The notes under the pieces were generated by a model, which had not been told where the DNA came from, did not search any database, and saw nothing but the letters and a program-made list of their open reading frames with translations. Positions 1 to 7,219 of a stretch of DNA of 45,986 nt are shown one piece after another (the stretch's first letter is position 1; each line of letters opens with the position of its first letter). This DNA is from a virus (Duplodnaviria > Caudoviricetes): positions 1 to 45,986 of the IMG/VR virus record IMGVR_UViG_3300026081_000341; one strand, 5' to 3'. The position numbers and the translations under genes are program-made.

Positions 1-1053
1 GACACTATAGAAAAAGACTTATGTTTTTATCTCTATACAAGCGGAACTTCTGGATTTCAACAAGCTGTACCGCATAGACATCAAGACTTAACTGCAGTCG
101 CGTCTTCATACGCAAAGAAGACTTTAAATATTATTTCATATGATGTAGTATTTAGTGCAGCAAAACTATTCTTTGCTTATGGTATGGGAAACAGTATGAC
201 CTTTCCTTTATATGTTGGGGCTGCAACTATCTTGATGAGTGAACCTTCGACAGCAAAGAGTACTCTTGATACTATTGAAAAGTATCAACCTACTATTTAT
301 TTTGGTGTTCCTACAATTTATAATTATCAACTTAAAGCTAAGAAGAGAGACTTATCTTGTCTTCGGCTTTGTGTATCGGCAGGTGAATCTCTTCCGGGAA
401 AAATTAAGCAGCAGTGGGAAGATCAGCATGGTACAATTATTCTTGACGGTATAGGTACTACAGAAGCTCTACACATTTTTATATCAAACTTTTCATGGGA
501 TCACGAAAACGATTGTACTGGAAGAATAGTTCCTGGATATGAGGCTAAACTCTTAAAAGATCCTCTTGACGGTGATTCTCTTAATGAGGACTGTATTCTC
601 GAAGAGTGTAAAGATGGTGAGATAGGATCACTGTATATTAAAGGAGATTCTATTGCAGAAGACTGGTTAAAAACTGGTGATGAGTTTATTCGAAGAGGTG
701 TAAAGTATTACTATCAAGGTCGAACAAATGATATGATAAAAGTTGGAGGAGTGTGGATCTCTCCAGTTATTATGGAAAAGAAGATTATTGAAATTGATGA
801 GGTCACTGAAGTTGCTGTAGTTCAACACTTAGATAATAATACAGGACTCAGGTTTCCAAAAGCATATGTTGTGTCTGATACTGACAATCAACTGAAACTT
901 AAGAATGTAATAAAAAGAAAGTGTATGGATGAGCTTCCAACTAACTACTTTCCTAAGACAGTACAGTTTGTTGATAGCTTACCTAAGACAGATACTGGAA
1001 AAATTAAGAGAGCTACGCTGCGGGCGATATATGCTGCCGAGCAATCTGAGTAA
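1..1053 (+). CDS. AMP-binding acyl-CoA synthetase, benzoate-CoA ligase-like (5'-truncated by window edge)
   Basis: Frame 1 is open from base 1: LYTSGTSG P-loop, FSAAKLFFAYGMGN, CVSAGESLP, DGIGTTEALHIFISN, TGD, GRTNDMIKVGG, PKTDTGKIKR. The ORF-track start at 184 is internal. Confidence 0.88.
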   Translation, partial: DTIEKDLCFYLYTSGTSGFQQAVPHRHQDLTAVASSYAKKTLNIISYDVVFSAAKLFFAYGMGNSMTFPLYVGAATILMSEPSTAKSTLDTIEKYQPTIYFGVPTIYNYQLKAKKRDLSCLRLCVSAGESLPGKIKQQWEDQHGTIILDGIGTTEALHIFISNFSWDHENDCTGRIVPGYEAKLLKDPLDGDSLNEDCILEECKDGEIGSLYIKGDSIAEDWLKTGDEFIRRGVKYYYQGRTNDMIKVGGVWISPVIMEKKIIEIDEVTEVAVVQHLDNNTGLRFPKAYVVSDTDNQLKLKNVIKRKCMDELPTNYFPKTVQFVDSLPKTDTGKIKRATLRAIYAAEQSE

Positions 1054-1543
1054 GTTCTTCATCATAATCTTCTAACATACACCCGACGATATGTATCCTT
1101 TCAATGTTACTACAGTTCATTGCTGTATGTAACTTTCTAGTGTCTGTTATATAGTGCTTTCCATTTGCAGGAAGTCTAATAACTTCATCATCAATAATCA
1201 TCATGCACTTATCATCAGTAATGAGAGGAATGTGAACTCTTCTTGTAGGGTCTACATGATACGAGTAGCACTGGTGTGGAACCATCTTCATTACTCGAGT
1301 TCTACATAGTTCAAGATCTTTCATAATCTTATTAATGTATTTAAACTTAGGAAACAATGGAACAGTGAAATCACTTTCTATATGATTTAGTTTATTTAAC
1401 TTCCCTGTTCCATAATCAGGATCACCTTTATGTCCTTCTACTGTTTGTAGAGAGATCTGAGAATCATACATTGGTAACCATTCGAGTTCACTTAATACAA
1501 TTTGAATATTGATTTTATAGTCTTTGTCGTAAACTTTGCTCAT
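1013..1543 (-). CDS. Aspartyl/asparaginyl beta-hydroxylase-like 2OG-Fe(II) oxygenase
   Basis: HxD (YHVD), RVHIPLIT, distal H (HTAMN) and RIHIV motifs. Start moved to ATG at 1543 (MSKVYDK), which overlaps the upstream TGA (ATGA coupling). Confidence 0.8.
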   Translation of the reverse strand: MSKVYDKDYKINIQIVLSELEWLPMYDSQISLQTVEGHKGDPDYGTGKLNKLNHIESDFTVPLFPKFKYINKIMKDLELCRTRVMKMVPHQCYSYHVDPTRRVHIPLITDDKCMMIIDDEVIRLPANGKHYITDTRKLHTAMNCSNIERIHIVGCMLEDYDEELTQIARQHISPAA

Positions 1544-1944
1544 GTTCTGTTTCCTCTTAGCGCAAAATATAATCCACCAACCCATAAGAATACGTGAAGG
1601 TTATCATATAAAATTACGTCCCAAAAGCTTTCAGGTTCTCCTATCCATATTACTCCGGTCATAATAGAACAAATAGTTATGCCACTAAACCTTGTAATAA
1701 GATCTCCAAACTCTTTCCACTTAGCCAAGATACCTCCAGCGATAAGACCTAGACCACTACCTAATTCACCATAAGCAACAAACCACCAGACTAAATACGA
1801 TAAGCCAAATGATTCAGCTGTTTCTATATCAACCGGTATCTTATCTAATCCTTGCTGAATAAAAACTACTGCTACTGGTATTCTAAACAACCAGTGACTT
1901 AAACAGAACTCAGGTATGCGACTTACAAATCCACTTAATCTCAT
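1540..1944 (-). CDS. DoxX-family membrane protein
   Basis: Four hydrophobic segments with the LFRIPVAVVFIQQGLDK and VAYGELGSGLGLIAG patterns; AAGGAG RBS upstream. Confidence 0.75.
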   Translation of the reverse strand: MRLSGFVSRIPEFCLSHWLFRIPVAVVFIQQGLDKIPVDIETAESFGLSYLVWWFVAYGELGSGLGLIAGGILAKWKEFGDLITRFSGITICSIMTGVIWIGEPESFWDVILYDNLHVFLWVGGLYFALRGNRT

Positions 1945-1969
1945 TATTCTTAACTCCTTATAAAGATCT

Positions 1970-1998
1970 ATTATACCACATTTTATGATAAAAGTAAA
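1970..1998 (-). promoter_or_regulatory. T4-type early (sigma70-like) promoter for the doxX/oxygenase pair
   Basis: Minus strand reads TTTACT-17 nt-TATAAT with a TGTGG extension. Confidence 0.7.
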
Positions 1999-2051
1999 TA
2001 TATATATTTTATTATTTATTTGAAAAAAAATGCACTTTAATTGAAAATAAT

Positions 2052-2082
2052 GGTGTACATTCCCTGAGAACTGTGGTATTAT
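2052..2082 (+). promoter_or_regulatory. T4-type early promoter
   Basis: GGTGTACA, 17-nt spacer ending TGTGG, then TATTAT; A-tracts upstream. Confidence 0.8.
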
Positions 2083-2118
2083 ATACTTATTAAATGATTA
2101 AAAAAGGAAGGAGCCAAA

Positions 2119-3078
2119 ATGGCACATGAAGTAGAAACTATGGCGTACGCCGGAGAATTACCTTGGCATGGTCTAGGTACTAAAGTAAGTAACGATTTAA
2201 CACCATTTCAAATGCAACAAAAGGCTGGTCTTGATTGGGCAGTTGAAAAAGTAGATGCATACGTAACTATTGGTGATAAGCAGATCAAAACTGGTCAGCA
2301 AGCACTGGTACGTACATCTGATCAAACTATTCTTACCAATGTTGGTGCTAACTGGAATCCAGTACAAAACACCGAAGCTTTTGAATTCTTTTCTGAGTTC
2401 GTATTGTCTGGTGATATGGAAATGCATACAGCAGGATCATTAAAGAATGGTCAGATTGTATGGGCTCTCGCAAAAGTTAACGAGTCATTCGATGTTTTTG
2501 GTGATGATAGAGTAGATGCTTATATGCTTTTCTCTAATCCACATCAGTATGGTAGATCGATCGATATTCGTTTTACTCCAATACGTGTTGTATGTAACAA
2601 CACATTAACTATGGCATTGGATAGTGCTTCAACTCAGCAAGTAAAAGTTGGTCATAGAAAAGTGTTTGATGCTGACGAAGTTAAATCAACTCTTGGTATC
2701 GCTCATGAAAAATTTGCTACATACAAAGAAATGGCTCAGTTTCTTGGTAGTAAGAGGTTTTCAGTTGATAGTCTTGTACAGTACTACAACGAGATCTTTC
2801 CATCTACATCTCGTAAAGAAGGTGAAAAAACACCTGTCAAAGTTTATGATGATATGTCAAGAGGTGCAAAGATGTGTTACGATGCACTTGAAGTTCAACC
2901 TGGTGCACAGTATGCAGAAGGTTCTTGGTGGCAGGCTCTGAACTCAGTTACATACTTCACTGATCATCATCAGGGTAGAAACGCTGAGAACAGACTTCAC
3001 AGTCAGTGGTTTGGTTTCAATCAAACTCGAAAAGTAAAAGCAGCTGAAAAAGCTGTAGAATATGCGCTAGCCTCATAA
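2119..3078 (+). CDS. DUF932/TIGR03299-like phage/plasmid protein
   Basis: MAHEVETMAYAGELPWHGLG N-terminus, AGLDW, TAGSLKNG, TPIRVVCNNTL, WQALNSVTYFTDH. Confidence 0.85.
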   Translation: MAHEVETMAYAGELPWHGLGTKVSNDLTPFQMQQKAGLDWAVEKVDAYVTIGDKQIKTGQQALVRTSDQTILTNVGANWNPVQNTEAFEFFSEFVLSGDMEMHTAGSLKNGQIVWALAKVNESFDVFGDDRVDAYMLFSNPHQYGRSIDIRFTPIRVVCNNTLTMALDSASTQQVKVGHRKVFDADEVKSTLGIAHEKFATYKEMAQFLGSKRFSVDSLVQYYNEIFPSTSRKEGEKTPVKVYDDMSRGAKMCYDALEVQPGAQYAEGSWWQALNSVTYFTDHHQGRNAENRLHSQWFGFNQTRKVKAAEKAVEYALAS

Positions 3079-3085
3079 GGCTAGC
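3066..3085 (+). other. 8-bp hairpin over the DUF932 stop codon and next RBS
   Basis: GCTAGCCT-CATA-AGGCTAGC perfect inverted repeat; no U-tract follows. Confidence 0.5.
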
Positions 3086-3088
3086 AGC

Positions 3089-3757
3089 ATGTCGAAAGAT
3101 CTTTTTGTAGAAGATACTAGCATATACTGGACAAACTTTTACTTCTACTATTTCGATAATATAGTCGTTCATCCTGAGCTGTTAGGCTATTGGTCTAACT
3201 GCCGGGATGCTTACGAGTTTCTATTTGGAAAAACAAAATCAAAACTTTGGTCCTATAAAGATGGTGGATATACTGAAAATCAGTGGGTTAAGAAGAGCAG
3301 AGATGAGTGGAATAGTATCGTTAAAATATGTGATGATATTGACGGTTCAAAAGTTCTCAAAAAAAACTTAATCGTAAAACCTAAAGAAAAAAACTATATT
3401 ACTTATTCTTTCTTAGATTTTGATGATTATAAGTTCAGAAAACAAGATCATTCTTATCCTAGAGGTTATAAAGATTTTAAAGATGATATGTCAGTAAGAG
3501 GTATGCGAGGTAAAGATATAGAACTGTTCATAAAAAGTTTTTATAATTCTTATGATCTAGGAGATTCTCGAGACTGTAACCCTCTGGTTGACAGATTAAA
3601 AATGCTGTTAGATTGTCAATTCTTTATAGGATCACCCTGTTCTTGGAAAAGATATGCGGATCTTCTCAATAAGACTTGTTATCTAACTGTTAATGCAAAC
3701 TACACAAAAAGCTTAGTACCAGTAATGAAGGCATATTACCTTTCTAAAAACTATTAA
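3089..3757 (+). CDS. Hypothetical protein, weak glycosyltransferase-like C-terminus
   Basis: 222-aa ORF; LLDCQFFIGSPCSWKRYADLLNK loosely resembles GT-B C-terminal motifs. Confidence 0.55.
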   Translation: MSKDLFVEDTSIYWTNFYFYYFDNIVVHPELLGYWSNCRDAYEFLFGKTKSKLWSYKDGGYTENQWVKKSRDEWNSIVKICDDIDGSKVLKKNLIVKPKEKNYITYSFLDFDDYKFRKQDHSYPRGYKDFKDDMSVRGMRGKDIELFIKSFYNSYDLGDSRDCNPLVDRLKMLLDCQFFIGSPCSWKRYADLLNKTCYLTVNANYTKSLVPVMKAYYLSKNY

Positions 3758-3798
3758 ATGATAAATAAATCTTATCTGAAATAAAAACAGGGGGAAAC

Positions 3799-3996
3799 AT
3801 GGTCAATCCAGATCTTGTTCTCGATAAGGAACTAAGGAAAGACGTAACACTGAGAGAATTTTTTCTCTTAGTAAAAGAAAGGAACCTAGCTTTTGAATTT
3901 ATAGATATTTTAGATAATGGAAAAACACACGTACGTTTTACAGCTAGGAACTATGATTCAATGAAGGAGTTCAAACAACTAATCAATAATCATTAA
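3799..3996 (+). CDS. Hypothetical protein
   Basis: 65-aa ORF with purine-rich RBS (AGGGGG); ends directly against the tRNA 3' end. Confidence 0.6.
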   Translation: MVNPDLVLDKELRKDVTLREFFLLVKERNLAFEFIDILDNGKTHVRFTARNYDSMKEFKQLINNH

Positions 3997-4081
3997 TGGC
4001 TCTGGGGGGTGGATTCGAACCACCACGTCAAAAGACAGTACATAAACAGTGTACCGCGTCTACCGTTTCCGCCACCCCAGA
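3997..4081 (-). tRNA. Atypical tRNA with GUU (Asn) anticodon, U37 and long variable arm; CCA encoded
   Basis: Minus strand: TCTGGGG-TG-GCGGAAACGGTAGACGC-G-GTACA-CTGTTTA-TGTAC-TGTCTTTTGACGT-GGTGG-TTCGAAT-CCACC-CCCCAGA-G-CCA (85 nt). Acceptor, anticodon and T stems pair perfectly. Confidence 0.93.
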
Positions 4082-4085
4082 TTAA

Positions 4086-4952
4086 TTAAACTCTAAGAGA
4101 TGTTCCTCTCTGTATCAATCCCATTGCAGGTTCTTTATGAGGCACATGGTACTCAAGCTTATCAAGTGCTGATATCATTCTCGTCATTCCAATTCCACCA
4201 CCAACTCTAGGGAAGAAGTCGTGCTTTAAAAACTCTTCAAGCTCTGCTTCTACTCGATCTTTTCCAAACAACTCAAAAAGTAAACTAGCATAGGCTCCTT
4301 CTGTGATCGTATGAAAAGTATCTCTCATTTGATCGACATCAGTAGATCTCTGAGCTGATCCTATTGTTTCCATGCCTCCTAAGATAACATCGATCTTTCT
4401 ACTCGTGACGCCGTCTGAATTTCTAGACATGTTCCAAAAGGGTGAAGTAAATTCTGGAAAGTGTGTTATCATTCCGTGACCAATCTTTTCTTCGTGTTCA
4501 TGTTCGAGCTCTTCTGTGTCAAACTCTGTTGCCCATTTATAATAAGTCTTATCAGAAAGCTTTGGAAATCCTAAGTATTCACAGAGTTCTATGTTCATTG
4601 TTTTTAAGTCATTAATATCACCAGGCATCTCAAACTCAAACATTGGAAAGATTATATCATGTCTTCCTGGCTTTGCATTTGGTTCTTGTCTGTACGAAGT
4701 CGAGATACAAAAAAACCCCTTCTCAGAGGGGCGAGTAAGTAGCTCATATTCCAGCCACATTTGACCGGTTTGAGGCAACGGCCATTTCTGACCTGCATAA
4801 TTATATGTCGCAACATTGAAGGGATCTTCGCACGCTGCGAGTATTGATAGTCTATTTTGTGTGTGTACTTCTAGGAAGCCTTTACTTAAAAAAAAGGACC
4901 TTAAAAGGTCCACGGTTTTCGTATATTTTGACGGGTCTATAAGCTGAGTCAT
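4086..4952 (-). CDS. Class IIb (Asn/Asp/Lys-type) aminoacyl-tRNA synthetase-like protein, catalytic domain only
   Basis: Motif 1 LRSFFLSKGFLEVHT, LPQTGQMWLE, motif 2 STSYRQEPNAKPGRHDIIFPMFEFE, ETIGSAQR, motif 3 PRVGGGIGMTRM. Only about 16 aa precede motif 1, so there is no OB-fold anticodon domain. Confidence 0.88.
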   Translation of the reverse strand: MTQLIDPSKYTKTVDLLRSFFLSKGFLEVHTQNRLSILAACEDPFNVATYNYAGQKWPLPQTGQMWLEYELLTRPSEKGFFCISTSYRQEPNAKPGRHDIIFPMFEFEMPGDINDLKTMNIELCEYLGFPKLSDKTYYKWATEFDTEELEHEHEEKIGHGMITHFPEFTSPFWNMSRNSDGVTSRKIDVILGGMETIGSAQRSTDVDQMRDTFHTITEGAYASLLFELFGKDRVEAELEEFLKHDFFPRVGGGIGMTRMISALDKLEYHVPHKEPAMGLIQRGTSLRV

Positions 4953-4993
4953 TTTTTGTTTTCTCCAATATAAAATGCAATTATAAATCCTTT

Positions 4994-5001
4994 TATTTAT
5001 A
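4994..5001 (-). promoter_or_regulatory. T4-type late promoter TATAAATA for the synthetase-like gene and tRNA
   Basis: Exact TATAAATA on the minus strand about 40 nt upstream of the ATG at 4952. Confidence 0.7.
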
Positions 5002-5029
5002 CAAGAAGAGAGCCGAAACTCTCTTCTTG
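5002..5029 (-). terminator. UUCG-capped hairpin, possible terminator or RNA stabiliser downstream of the transporter gene
   Basis: CAAGAAGAGAGT-TTCG-GCTCTCTTCTTG on the minus strand; lacks a clear U-tract. Confidence 0.55.
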
Positions 5030-5041
5030 ATAAAATTATTT

Positions 5042-6001
5042 TTATAGTCCAGCAGGAACTATAATATAGTGTATTGATAGTACTACACCAACCGAAGCAC
5101 CAAGACCAATCATCATTTTTAGAAAGTCTTTTGTGATGAGAGGAAATACGGTTTTGAATTTTTCTTTACCGGTAACAGTAGCCATTGCTAATTCTCTACC
5201 ACAAAGAAGTCCAACAAATACCCATGTTGTTGACATAGGAATATCATTGAGTTCTTTAAAGAAAAACAATATAATCCAATACACACCATCAATGATAGTA
5301 GCACTTCTTACATAACGTGTGTTATGTTTTTCAAGCACAATGTTTTGAATCTTACCACCACCTTCTTTAAACATATACCAAAGACCAAACACAAATATTG
5401 CACTGATCCCCAACATCATGTCGACTGGTATTTCTCGAGGGAGGAATACGGCTATGTTAGCCATATCGTGTGATAGCCAAGTCCACCAAAGAAAACCTGT
5501 AGTAAACCATTGACCAATACGCCAATACTTTTTATGTTCTTCTTTAACTGGTTTAGCTTCATCTAATATTTTACTAACACCAATCCAAATAGCATATGCT
5601 GCTACAGCTGCAACTGCATATCCCATCATAGATTTCATTAGCATCTTTTCTAATACAAACGTACTAGCAAAAGCGCTTAAAACTAAAAAAGACGTACTCA
5701 CTGGTACGCCTACTCTTGTTAATATTAATAGTAATCCTGGAGCCATGGCATGATACCATTGAATCTCCTGAAAGGGTATTTTGTTGAGACGTCCATAAGA
5801 AATGTCTCCGCCATATTGATACCAACCGTACCATAAAGCCCATAGAAGAACTGACGAAGCAGCTCCCCACATGATCTTCCAATCTACTTTTTGGTTATTA
5901 CTTGCAATCCATGTTCCTAAAGTTTGGACTGAATCGTTCGCTATAACCGAATAAGCGGCGAATATAAATCCTACAAACATCCACAGAGTTATAAGTTCCA
6001 T
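5042..6001 (-). CDS. PiT/PHO4-like inorganic phosphate (or sulfate) permease
   Basis: Polytopic membrane protein with duplicated signatures ANDSVQTLGT...VPVSTS and HDMANIAVFLP...IPMSTTWVFVG, matching the PiT GAND.../PVSTT pattern. Confidence 0.72.
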   Translation of the reverse strand: MELITLWMFVGFIFAAYSVIANDSVQTLGTWIASNNQKVDWKIMWGAASSVLLWALWYGWYQYGGDISYGRLNKIPFQEIQWYHAMAPGLLLILTRVGVPVSTSFLVLSAFASTFVLEKMLMKSMMGYAVAAVAAYAIWIGVSKILDEAKPVKEEHKKYWRIGQWFTTGFLWWTWLSHDMANIAVFLPREIPVDMMLGISAIFVFGLWYMFKEGGGKIQNIVLEKHNTRYVRSATIIDGVYWIILFFFKELNDIPMSTTWVFVGLLCGRELAMATVTGKEKFKTVFPLITKDFLKMMIGLGASVGVVLSIHYIIVPAGL

Positions 6002-6074
6002 TATAGTTTCTCCATGTTAAGTTATAAGAACATCTATATTTATTCTAAGTTATTGATTCTATTAGAAACAAAAA

Positions 6075-6105
6075 GGTGTACATTCCCTGAGAACTGTGGT
6101 ATTAT
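6075..6105 (+). promoter_or_regulatory. T4-type early promoter, identical copy of the 2052 promoter
   Basis: GGTGTACATTCCCTGAGAACTGTGGTATTATA is identical at 2052-2083 and 6075-6106. Confidence 0.8.
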
Positions 6106-6133
6106 AGAATCAGGAATGAAAAAAGGAAAGCTT

Positions 6134-6388
6134 ATGACTAAATATATCTACTCTCTCAAAACGGACATCGACTACAATCAACCTCTATCTCTAATCAACG
6201 AATTTGCAGACGGTCACGGTTGTGTTCTTACATCATTTAAAAGAAACGGCCCTGCCGGTGGGAACCATGAATGTATCTTCTCATCTAATAACTTTGAACA
6301 TATCTTGGAACTTGCACAACAACTTAAACTCGATGAATCCAGCATAATAACTGACAAAAAGGTACTGTTACATTATTGTCACAGTTAA
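6134..6388 (+). CDS. Hypothetical early protein
   Basis: Start re-assigned to ATG 6134 (AAGGAAAG RBS, downstream of the promoter). The 6014 start lies upstream of the promoter. Confidence 0.65.
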   Translation: MTKYIYSLKTDIDYNQPLSLINEFADGHGCVLTSFKRNGPAGGNHECIFSSNNFEHILELAQQLKLDESSIITDKKVLLHYCHS

Positions 6389-6417
6389 ATAAAAAAGTGC
6401 AAATAAGTGAAAATAAT

Positions 6418-6448
6418 GGTGTACAACTCTAAAAAACTGTGGTAGATT
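6418..6448 (+). promoter_or_regulatory. T4-type early promoter
   Basis: GGTGTACA-17-TAGATT with TGTGG extension. Confidence 0.75.
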
Positions 6449-6483
6449 AGTATTATCAAAGTTAATAAAAGGAATGAAAAATT

Positions 6484-6777
6484 ATGAACGTAACTACTAA
6501 AAAAATCTCTCAAATGATCAAAGACATCATTGATATAAATGAACTAAACGCAGTTATCGATACTGTTAAGTTTCAACAAAAATTCTTACGTGGTCTTCAA
6601 ACAGCATCAGCACGTGGTGCTTTTAGAATTGGTGATACAGTTTCAGCATCTGGTCGTAACGGTTCGATCGAAGGTGAGATCACTCAGATCAAACGAACAA
6701 AAGCCATCGTAAACGTTAACGGTACACGTTACGATGTTCCGATGTCAATGTTGAAGATGGTAAGGAGCATCGCTTAA
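6484..6777 (+). CDS. Hypothetical early protein, SH3/KOW-like C-terminus
   Basis: FRIGDTVS...GEITQIKRTKAIV...YDVPMSML pattern; AAGGA RBS. Confidence 0.7.
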   Translation: MNVTTKKISQMIKDIIDINELNAVIDTVKFQQKFLRGLQTASARGAFRIGDTVSASGRNGSIEGEITQIKRTKAIVNVNGTRYDVPMSMLKMVRSIA

Positions 6778-7037
6778 TGTATTGGACAAAAATCATCCGT
6801 ACGGATGAAGCAAAAAATCTTTCTATGATGATAGGTCATGACACTATTGCTCAAGCTAAAAAGTCATACCTAAAATCATGGGGAGATAAAAAAGACGAGG
6901 TGAAAGAAGTAGTTCTCCTCAAAGGATCAGGTCGAGGTCGAAAGCCAATGAAGATTCACAGTTATCGTGACAACAACTTTAAAATCGATCGTAGTATTCC
7001 TGTCGAAATCCACAATGTAATTTATGGATATGAGTAA
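6777..7037 (+). CDS. Hypothetical early protein
   Basis: TAATG stop/start coupling in a co-directional run. Confidence 0.7.
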   Translation: MYWTKIIRTDEAKNLSMMIGHDTIAQAKKSYLKSWGDKKDEVKEVVLLKGSGRGRKPMKIHSYRDNNFKIDRSIPVEIHNVIYGYE

Positions 7038-7219
7038 TGTACTATATTGAAGGAAAAAAATCAGACGGTTGGAGAGAACGCACTATTGGAATTGATGATC
7101 CAGTGATTGTTCGACAACTCTATGAAGAAATGATAATCTCGGAAGAGTATGTTTCAGTTGAAACAAATCTTCCTACAATTGAAGGAGTATGGTTTAATGG
7201 GAATCAGAGTATCCACTGA
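7037..7219 (+). CDS. Hypothetical early protein
   Basis: TAATG coupling; 60 aa. Confidence 0.65.
   Translation: MYYIEGKKSDGWRERTIGIDDPVIVRQLYEEMIISEEYVSVETNLPTIEGVWFNGNQSIH

Noticed and set aside
4044-4050. Reading the tRNA anticodon as UUA (ochre suppressor) or UUU (Lys)
   Set aside because: The 5-bp stem GTACA/TGTAC fixes a 7-nt loop CTGTTTA with U33 followed by GTT. TAA is also used as a normal stop throughout the window, with no sign of recoding.
4086-4952. Calling the synthetase-like gene EpmA/GenX or a complete asnS
   Set aside because: QTGQ and ETIGSAQR look closer to AsnRS/AspRS than to LysRS-type motifs, and the anticodon domain is absent, so no gene symbol is assigned.
1-6001. 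Left end as host chromosomal DNA (prophage boundary or chimera)
   Set aside because: The same phage-type early and late promoter motifs and gene packing occur here as in the rest of the window, and no integrase or att site is seen.
6014-6133. N-terminal extension of the 6014-6388 ORF
   Set aside because: It runs through the early promoter and has no RBS; the true start is more likely 6134 (or 6116).
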